Of a stretch of DNA of 24,868 nucleotides, positions 18,419-24,868 are shown one piece after another. The notes under the pieces are model-generated. The model saw nothing but the letters and a program-made list of their open reading frames with translations. It had not been told where the DNA came from and made no database searches. The stretch's first letter is position 1. Each line of letters opens with the position of its first letter. The position numbers were made by a program, and so were the translations under genes. The stretch comes from Armatimonadota bacterium (GTDB lineage: Bacteria > Armatimonadota > Armatimonadia > Armatimonadales > Armatimonadaceae): assembly GCA_043754515.1 (NCBI GenBank), contig JAYUUO010000262.1, forward strand, positions 1-24,868, written 5' to 3'.

Positions 18419-18982
18419 CTACGCGGCGGACCGCGCGGCGAGGTGGCGCGCGGCGAGCGTCAGACCGGCAATCGTCTTCGCATCCTGAATCTCGCCCGTG
18501 GCGATAGCGGCGATAGCGGCGTCTAGCTTCATTTCTACCCGCTCCACGAACTCGTCCTCGTCGGGGTCCGCCCTCTGGTCGGATAAGCCGAGCGCGAGGT
18601 AGCAGTAAATCTTCTCGGTGCAGTAGCCGGGCGCGACGAACGCGGTGTACAGGTGGACGAGTTCTGCCGCCGTTTGTCCGATCTCCTCGGTCAGTTCGCG
18701 CTTCGCGCATGTCTCGGGATCTTCGCCCTTTTCGATCCCGCCCGCCGGAACTTCGAGGAGCGCACCCCCGACCGGGGTACGCCACTGCCGCACGAGCACG
18801 ACCGTCTCGTCGTCCGCGAGTATCGGTACGATGGCGACCGCGCCGCCGTGCTCGACGACCTCGCGCTTGCCGGTGTGCCCGTTCTGGAAGCGCACCGTGT
18901 CAACACGCAGGTTAACGATGCGGCCCTCGAAGATCCGCTCGCTGGACTCGGCAGTCTCGTGGTGAGAAGTAATTTTTGCCAT
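18419..18982 (-). CDS. Nudix hydrolase, ADP-ribose pyrophosphatase (NudF-like)
   Basis: REVVEHGGAV, VRQWR, Nudix box PAGGIEKGEDPETCAKRELTEEIG, APGYCTE, DEDE and IQDAKT. Confidence 0.93.
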   Translation of the reverse strand: MAKITSHHETAESSERIFEGRIVNLRVDTVRFQNGHTGKREVVEHGGAVAIVPILADDETVVLVRQWRTPVGGALLEVPAGGIEKGEDPETCAKRELTEEIGQTAAELVHLYTAFVAPGYCTEKIYCYLALGLSDQRADPDEDEFVERVEMKLDAAIAAIATGEIQDAKTIAGLTLAARHLAARSAA

Positions 18983-19020
18983 GATTCTGTTCACTTTCGC
19001 GTAATTGTACTAATCACACT

Positions 19021-19050
19021 ATTATACCGTGTCGGCAGTAGGCGTGTCAA
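19021..19050 (-). promoter_or_regulatory. Consensus sigma70 promoter for the Nudix gene
   Basis: Minus strand TTGACA (19045-19050), 18-nt spacer, TATAAT (19021-19026). Confidence 0.75.
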
Positions 19051-19159
19051 GCGCAGGGCGATTGTCCCGCCCTTAACGGAGACTGGATCGCAAGAATAGG
19101 ACTCGATGCGATGCCCACCGGGCGTGGCTGACCCGCGCCTGGTTTACCGTCCCAGGAGA

Positions 19160-19459
19160 CTACTCCGCGGACGGGCTTTCTAGCGCGACCGGCCCGTCGT
19201 CGTCGTCCGGCCCCTCGAATGGGTTGCGCACCCGCACCGTGGCGGTGCGCCTCTGTTGCACCGCCCGGATGTGAACGTAGGCGACCGAGTCCTTCGGCAC
19301 CACGATCATCTCCGCGTCGTGGGAGCAGGCGATCGCGCCCGGTCCCTCGAACTTGCTAGAGGCGATCTGCCCCGCGTGCGCGATAGATTCGGCCTCAATG
19401 GACTCCACCGGTTTCTGGTCGGAGCCTTTGAGGTAGTAGGTAAGTGCGTATGATGGCAT
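19160..19459 (-). CDS. Small hypothetical protein (99 aa)
   Basis: GAAGGA upstream of the ATG, GC3-rich codons and an acidic tail. No recognised family. Confidence 0.7.
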   Translation of the reverse strand: MPSYALTYYLKGSDQKPVESIEAESIAHAGQIASSKFEGPGAIACSHDAEMIVVPKDSVAYVHIRAVQQRRTATVRVRNPFEGPDDDDGPVALESPSAE

Positions 19460-19483
19460 CAGCGTTGGTCCTTCTCGGAAGTT

Positions 19484-19535
19484 AAAGAATAAGAACGGCG
19501 GCGTGCCGTCCGATGAGGGACGATTCGCCGCCGTT
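19484..19535 (-). terminator. Intrinsic terminator-like hairpin in the leader of the 99-aa gene
   Basis: AACGGCGGCG (19494-19503) pairs with CGCCGCCGTT (19526-19535), with inner CGTCC/GGACG. CTTATTCTTT follows on the minus strand. Confidence 0.55.
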
Positions 19536-19846
19536 GCCGCTTTTTCCTACCTACTTTGTCGCGCGAGCCGATAGTTCTTCGGGCGACTCGCCTCTGCCGC
19601 GCGGACCGCGCTTCATGCTCGGTTGAAAGTTCTGAATTATACGTTATCGCGCCCGGCAACAACCCCGCCTGCCCCCGGAACGCGATCACGCGCCCTCCCC
19701 TGGCTACGCCGAAAGCTACCGGCGCGACAGGCCGCGCTCAATCAATATCCACCGGAAGGAGTTAGCCTCTGTCCCGGAGAATAGCACGGTATCGGCGTGT
19801 TTTCCCATTGGGAACATAGTGTCGCCGGCAGAAAGTGGGTTCAGTC

Positions 19847-20716
19847 ATGGACAAGTTTCTTCAAGAATTGCCGGGGCGCGCTCTCACGCTCGGTCAACAA
19901 CTCCTCGGCGCGGCTCTCGTTTACATCATCGGGTCGTGGATCATCGGGCTGATCGTCAGGATCGCGGCGGCGGGGATGAACAGTCGGCACGTTGACGCGA
20001 CGCTCGCCAACTACGCCGTCTCGACGCTAAAAGGCGCGCTCAACGTCCTGCTCTTCATCTCCGTGCTGGGGACGCTCGGCATCCAGACCGCCTCGTTCGC
20101 CGCCATCTTCGTCGCGTTCGGCCTCGCCATCGGCACCGCCATGGGCGGGCTGCTAGCGCACCTCGCCGCGGGCGTCTTCCTGATGGTCATCCGCCCGTTC
20201 AAGGTCGGCGATTTCATCACGGCCGGCGGCATCACCGGCACCGTGACCGAGATCGGGCCGTTCGCTACGCAGATCAACACGCCGGACAACATCCTGACCG
20301 TGGTCGGCAACAACAAGGTATTCTCCGACAACATCCAGAACTTCTCGCATAACCCGTTCCGGCGCGTCGAACTGGCGCGGCATTTCGGCGCGGATGTCAA
20401 CATTAAGACGCTCGCCGCCGATCTCAAGGCGCGTCTTTTAGAAGTGCCAAACGTCCTCGCGGAACCGACACCCGACGTAGAGATACTGGAGTTCCGCGCG
20501 GGCGGACCTTTCGTCGCCATCCGGCCGTTCACCGCGAACGCGCACTACTGGCAGGTCTACTTCGACAGCAACGCCGTGATCGCGGCGTACTGCGACGAGA
20601 AAGGACTCGCCGCGCCGGAGCAGGCGGTAGTGGTGCGGCAGACCAGCGTTACGCCCCCGATGCCGGGGACGAAAGCGGCGGGCGCGAAGTCGTTCGCGCC
20701 GGTCGCGCCGGTTTAG
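19847..20716 (+). CDS. mscS: Small-conductance mechanosensitive channel
   Basis: Three TM helices, LGIQTASFAAI...GLAIG...LAAGV, RPFKVGDFI...GTVTEIG...TPDN...N and NFS...RRVEL. Confidence 0.92.
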   Translation: MDKFLQELPGRALTLGQQLLGAALVYIIGSWIIGLIVRIAAAGMNSRHVDATLANYAVSTLKGALNVLLFISVLGTLGIQTASFAAIFVAFGLAIGTAMGGLLAHLAAGVFLMVIRPFKVGDFITAGGITGTVTEIGPFATQINTPDNILTVVGNNKVFSDNIQNFSHNPFRRVELARHFGADVNIKTLAADLKARLLEVPNVLAEPTPDVEILEFRAGGPFVAIRPFTANAHYWQVYFDSNAVIAAYCDEKGLAAPEQAVVVRQTSVTPPMPGTKAAGAKSFAPVAPV

Positions 20717-20875
20717 GCAAGTCGCGAGTACCGGCGCGGCGGGCAAGCCGCGCCTGGGCACGTTCGGCACGCCCAGTAGTGGACGGCAAAGCATAGCAAG
20801 TGAGGATATATTCGGTGTGGCCCTCCTGCCGACAGTGAGACGGTGAAACGAGTTCACCCTTGCGCCGCGCGAACC

Positions 20876-20884
20876 TGATATACT
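20876..20884 (+). promoter_or_regulatory. Extended -10 promoter (TGnTATACT) of rel
   Basis: TGATATACT lies 15 nt upstream of ATG 20900. Confidence 0.55.
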
Positions 20885-20899
20885 GACATTTACACCCTT

Positions 20900-23209
20900 A
20901 TGGCGGCGAACATTGACAGCATCCTGCAGAAGGTCAAGCGGTACATCGCGCCCGCCGACCTTGCCCTCGTTCGCCATGCGCATGACTACGCCACCGCGAA
21001 ACACGAGGGGCAGTTTCGAAAAACCGGCGAGCCGTATATTAAACACCCCATCGAAGTGGTGGACATTCTGGCTGGCCTCGAAATGGACGCGCCCAGCCTC
21101 GCCGCCGGGTTCCTGCATGACGTGATCGAGGACTGCGGCGTGTCCCGCGACGAACTCGCCGAGGAGTTCGGCGCGGAGATAGCCGACCTCGTGGACGGCG
21201 TCACTAAACTCAAACTTACCGACTTCGAGCGGCGCGCCGCCGAGTTCCCGGGCGTCGCCGCGCCCGCCCCGAAGGATGGCACCGCCGCAGTTAAAGACGC
21301 CGCCCCCGACCCGCGCAAGAAGAAGCGGCTCGAAACCCGCTCCTCCGCCGAAAACCTGCGCAAGATTCTGCTCGCCATGGCCCGCGACTTCCGCGTCATG
21401 GTTATCAAACTGTGCGACCGGCTTCATAACATGCGGACGCTGGTCGGGCTGTCCCCCGAGCGTCAAAAAAAGGTCGCTGAGGAGACGATGCAGATCTTCG
21501 CCCCGCTCGCGCACCGGCTCGGCATCTGGCAGGTTAAGTGGCAGCTCGAAGACCTGGCGTTCAAGTACATCTACCCGGAAGAGTACGAGGACATCGCCGA
21601 AAAGGTCGCCCGCACCCGCCGCGACCGTGAGAAAGACATCCGCGATGCCGTATACAAACTGCGCGAGGGCTTCGAGGCGTCCGGCATGACGCCCGAGATC
21701 CAGGGGCGGCCCAAGCACCTCTGGAGCATCCACAACAAGGTCAAAAAGAACGAACTAGAGGTCGGCGACCTGTACGACCTGATCGCGCTCCGCGTCGTCG
21801 TCAACACCGTGCAGGAGTGTTACGCCGCGCTCGGCGTCGTCCACGAACTGTACCTGCCGATCCCCGGCAAGTTCGACGACTACATCGCCAAGATCAAGCC
21901 GAACCTGTATCAGTCGCTCCATACCAAGGTCTACGGGCCGCACGGCGAGCCGCTCGAGGTGCAGATTCGGACGTGGGACATGCACCGGATCGCCGAGTTC
22001 GGGGTCGCGGCGCACTGGGCGTACAAGGAGAAGGGCGAGAACGCGAAGAACGCGGGCGGCAAGTACGACTTCGACCGCAAAATGGCGTTCCTGCGCCAGC
22101 AACTTTTCGACTGGCAGCAGGACGCGAAAGACTCGTCCGAGTTCCTGCGCGGCGTGGTTTCCGACCTGTTTACGGATCAGGTGTTCGTGTTCACGCCGAA
22201 GGGGGACGTGCTCGACCTGCCGACCGGTGCCACCCCCGTAGACTTCGCGTACCGCGTCCACAGCAGTATAGGTGAGCATGCGGCGGCGGCGAAGGTGAAC
22301 GGCAAGATCGTCCCACTCGCCTACAAGTTGCAGAACGGCGACATCTGTTCCATCGTCACGCGTCCGCAGGCGAACCCGTCCCTCGACTGGCTCCTGTTCG
22401 CGAAATCCTCGCACGCCCGCTCTAAAATCAAGGCGCATTTCCGCAAACTGCGATACGGCGAAAACGTCATCAAAGGCCGGGAAATGCTGGTCGCGGAACT
22501 CGGGCACCAGAACCTGTCGCCCGATCTTTTGAAGGACACGAAGCGGCTACTGCCCCTCGCGCACGCGATGGCGAAAGAGTCGGTCGAGGATCTGTTCGCC
22601 GCCATCGGGTTCGGGGATACGCCGACCGGGGTTGTCGTGACGCGCATCAAGAGCGAACTCACGGTGGAGCGCGACGAGGGCGAGATCAAAGCGACGCGCA
22701 AGGCGGGCGGGGGCGGGGGCAAACTTTCCATTGCGCCGGGCGGCGTGGACGGCGTCGCGATCTCGCGCGCCAAGTGTTGCAAGCCGCTCCCCGGCGACCA
22801 CATCGTCGGCTACGTTTCGCGGGGCAAGGGCATGGTTTTGCACCGGGACGGTTGCGCGAACGTCGTCGCGTGGCGGACGAAGGAGCCGGAGCGGCTGGTG
22901 GACGTGGATTGGGGCGCGGTGGACAACTCGCGCTTCGACACCGGTATTCTGCTCGAATCGGTGGACCGCGTCGGGCTACTGCGCGACGTGACCGAGATAT
23001 TCTCCGAAAACCGCACGTTCATCGTCGGCATCCACACGTCGAGCGACAAGCAGGTCGGCACCGCTCGGATGCGCATTGACTTCGAGGCGTCGTCAGTGGA
23101 GCAGGTACGGAGTCTGATCCGCAAGGTGCAGAACTTGCAAGATTTGATCGCGGTCTACCGGCTCGGCGTCGGGGCGGAGGAGCGCTCGGAGCCGTCGCCC
23201 GCGCCGTAG
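20900..23209 (+). CDS. relA: Bifunctional (p)ppGpp synthetase/hydrolase (long RSH, Rel/SpoT)
   Basis: HD hydrolase HEGQFRKTGEPY...LHDVIED; synthetase GRPKH, DLIALR, YQSLHT, EVQIRT; TGS FTPKGD...DFAYRVHS; AKCCKP; ACT domain DRVGLLRDV. Confidence 0.97.
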   Translation: MAANIDSILQKVKRYIAPADLALVRHAHDYATAKHEGQFRKTGEPYIKHPIEVVDILAGLEMDAPSLAAGFLHDVIEDCGVSRDELAEEFGAEIADLVDGVTKLKLTDFERRAAEFPGVAAPAPKDGTAAVKDAAPDPRKKKRLETRSSAENLRKILLAMARDFRVMVIKLCDRLHNMRTLVGLSPERQKKVAEETMQIFAPLAHRLGIWQVKWQLEDLAFKYIYPEEYEDIAEKVARTRRDREKDIRDAVYKLREGFEASGMTPEIQGRPKHLWSIHNKVKKNELEVGDLYDLIALRVVVNTVQECYAALGVVHELYLPIPGKFDDYIAKIKPNLYQSLHTKVYGPHGEPLEVQIRTWDMHRIAEFGVAAHWAYKEKGENAKNAGGKYDFDRKMAFLRQQLFDWQQDAKDSSEFLRGVVSDLFTDQVFVFTPKGDVLDLPTGATPVDFAYRVHSSIGEHAAAAKVNGKIVPLAYKLQNGDICSIVTRPQANPSLDWLLFAKSSHARSKIKAHFRKLRYGENVIKGREMLVAELGHQNLSPDLLKDTKRLLPLAHAMAKESVEDLFAAIGFGDTPTGVVVTRIKSELTVERDEGEIKATRKAGGGGGKLSIAPGGVDGVAISRAKCCKPLPGDHIVGYVSRGKGMVLHRDGCANVVAWRTKEPERLVDVDWGAVDNSRFDTGILLESVDRVGLLRDVTEIFSENRTFIVGIHTSSDKQVGTARMRIDFEASSVEQVRSLIRKVQNLQDLIAVYRLGVGAEERSEPSPAP

Positions 23210-23339
23210 ACATAAACGATTAAAACGCGCTTGCGAGCCACACGGCGAAACGAAACATCGTTGCCTTCTCCGCTGACCCCGAGACAGAGACGTGAGCCGA
23301 CAACAACCCTGGTATAGTCGTTTGGAGCGAGGGAAAACT

Positions 23340-23810
23340 ATGTCGGAAATGGCTTCGATTAACATACCCTATCAGGAGATGAGAGCGATCAACGAGATCG
23401 TCAAATCACATTCCAATGCGCATATTGATACTCTGAATGCCGTGATAGTGTTCGGCACGTTGGTGAACTCTGGCGAAACGCGCGATATAGAGTTGCTGGA
23501 GGTTGTCGAAGGTTGGCAAGGCCCTCGCCGAGTCATATTCGGTAACACAAAGGACCTACCTCTACGCGGTTTGGCTACGTTCTATTTTCTACTCCCGGAG
23601 GAGTTTGAGCACCCGACGGAAGTATTGCTGGACAACGTAGATTTCTCATCGGCATTTTTGTTGCGTCGTGTCCGAGAGGCCTACACGATGCCGATCAATC
23701 GCCTCACGAACTATGTCCAACTTGCGATGGCACATCAGACTGAACAGTCTGTTCCCCCGTCAGACTTCTTCGCTCGTCCTAATCTGTTTGTTAATCAGAC
23801 GATCATATAG
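23340..23810 (+). CDS. Hypothetical protein with a degenerate minimal nucleotidyltransferase (MNT)-like fold
   Basis: GAGGGA upstream of ATG 23340 and extended -10 TGGTATAGT at 23310-23318. AVIVFGTLVNSGETRDIELLEVV resembles the hhFGS...DhDhh MNT motif. Confidence 0.55.
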   Translation: MSEMASINIPYQEMRAINEIVKSHSNAHIDTLNAVIVFGTLVNSGETRDIELLEVVEGWQGPRRVIFGNTKDLPLRGLATFYFLLPEEFEHPTEVLLDNVDFSSAFLLRRVREAYTMPINRLTNYVQLAMAHQTEQSVPPSDFFARPNLFVNQTII

Positions 23811-23816
23811 ACAGGA

Positions 23817-23957
23817 GTGTATCCTGCAACTGAAGAGTCAGCAAAAGTTTTTTTCGATGAAGCCGTTAGGCACCTCGCCGATTCCATGGACGTGCTACCC
23901 TTCACGCGCACGGCGATTCTTCGCGGCGTCGGACGGTCCCGCGCCCAAGTAATTTAG
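23817..23957 (+). pseudogene. Possible truncated HEPN-domain gene
   Basis: GTG 6 nt after the MNT-like stop. AKVFFDEAVRHLADS resembles the first HEPN helix; a stop follows 46 codons. Confidence 0.35.
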
Positions 23958-23991
23958 CCTAATTTTGAGCGCGGTGAAGGGTCATCATCCC

Positions 23992-24300
23992 GTGCCAGAT
24001 CATATCTCCGTCTCCGCGTTTTGCGTAGCGGGCAGGCTGTCCATGATCGGTGTTATCGTCGCATCGTCTCCCGGCGCGAGCAAAGCGCGGGCGGACATCG
24101 GCTACTCCTCGGTACGAACGGCTGGCAACACCCTGGTCATCGTCGCGCCCAGTGGCACCATCAACACCAACCCACTCACCGGAGCGATACTCGGCAACGT
24201 TTCCGCCGGGTTGAACACCACGATCTACGGACGCGCCTTTCGGGCACCACTCTATGCGGGGTATAGGACGATGGATCTAAACACCTCCCCAAACAATCCG
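23992..24300 (+). pseudogene. Possible remnant of a secreted-protein gene
   Basis: Hydrophobic stretch ending KARA-DIGY, then TINTNPLTGAILGNVSAGLNTTIYG. The sequence then loses coding character. Confidence 0.25.
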
Positions 24301-24477
24301 GGGCGGCTTCTCAACTTGTCCGGTGCGTCCCCCGTGCTTGTGGTTCACCCGGCTTTCGCGTCGGGCGTCGGTCGGGATATGAAAAGCCGGTGCTGGTACC
24401 GCCGCGTGCCGTTGCGCCCTTTTCACTCACGCTTCGTCCCTACCACGGCATCATGCGCGCCTCTACCCCCTTCCCCT

Positions 24478-24868
24478 TTAGGCGGACGCCCCTACACGTC
24501 GCGCGACGGCGACCAGCTCCGTCGTAGCCCCCATCACCGGTTGCGCGGCGACACTCGCTATCGGCTGCACGGGGTTTATCGCTCGGAGTAGGCTGACCGT
24601 CGCCGTCGCCGGGTTGCGCTTGCTCGGCCACGCCACCACGCCCTCATTCTTGAGCTTCTCCAACTCGTCCATCACCTCGCTCGCCCCGATGCCGTACTTA
24701 TCGTTCATCAGGTCGGTCATGTCGCCGAGCGTCACCGCCGTTTCGAGTGACGACAGTTGCCGTAGGATTACCTCGCGAACGCTCTCGTCGCGCGACTCTT
24801 CCTCAATGCGTTGCGTCTCGCTGATCGCCTTGCTCAGGAGCGCGCGTAGTTCGTCGGTCAGAAGTTGA
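24478..24868 (-). CDS. Partial hypothetical protein (3' end): coiled coil followed by a winged-helix-like segment
   Basis: Open frame from the window edge: QLLTDELRALLSKAISETQRIEEESRDESVREVILRQL...TLGDMTDLMNDKYGIGASEVMDELEKLKNEGVV. Stop at 24478-24480. Confidence 0.65.
   Translation of the reverse strand, partial: QLLTDELRALLSKAISETQRIEEESRDESVREVILRQLSSLETAVTLGDMTDLMNDKYGIGASEVMDELEKLKNEGVVAWPSKRNPATATVSLLRAINPVQPIASVAAQPVMGATTELVAVARRVGASA

Noticed and set aside
18310..18521. 9-bp tandem repeats (AGCGTTACC x2; GCGATAGCG x2)
   Set aside because: They encode GNAGNA and AAIAAIA within proteins. They are not an array or CRISPR.
19705..19730. AAAGCTACCGG resembles part of a c-di-GMP-I riboswitch
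   Set aside because: It lacks the upstream GGCAAAC...GAAA...GACGC P2 element.
20438..22507. Long antisense ORFs (431 aa and 250 aa) and similar shadow ORFs elsewhere
   Set aside because: They lie opposite well-supported genes (mscS, rel), as expected from high-GC codon bias, and have no motifs.

Overview
GC-rich bacterial chromosomal window. An Armatimonadota- or Planctomycetota-like source is inferred only from a prepilin-type/DUF1559 H-X9-DG protein. The left end holds a decayed ammonium transporter gene (amtB) split at a duplicated TA by a 1177-bp IS630-family element. That transposase is itself broken by four 15-30 bp micro-insertions, three of them palindromic; one recurs almost identically upstream of rel. 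The rest is mostly core or near-core: FN3-like protein, KTSC protein, GluR0-like ligand-gated channel with a non-canonical pore, secreted double BsuPI-like protein coupled to YabN/MazG, PHP hydrolase, membrane protein, inositol monophosphatase-family enzyme, alpha/beta hydrolase, GalU-like nucleotidyltransferase, YcaQ/AlkZ-like glycosylase, an AT-richer decayed islet with an HNH pseudogene, an ABC exporter, DUF1559 protein, Nudix hydrolase, a small hypothetical with a terminator-containing leader, MscS, bifunctional Rel, and a degenerate MNT/HEPN-like pair. No rRNA, tRNA or CRISPR array was seen. All family calls come from motif recognition by eye, not from database searches.
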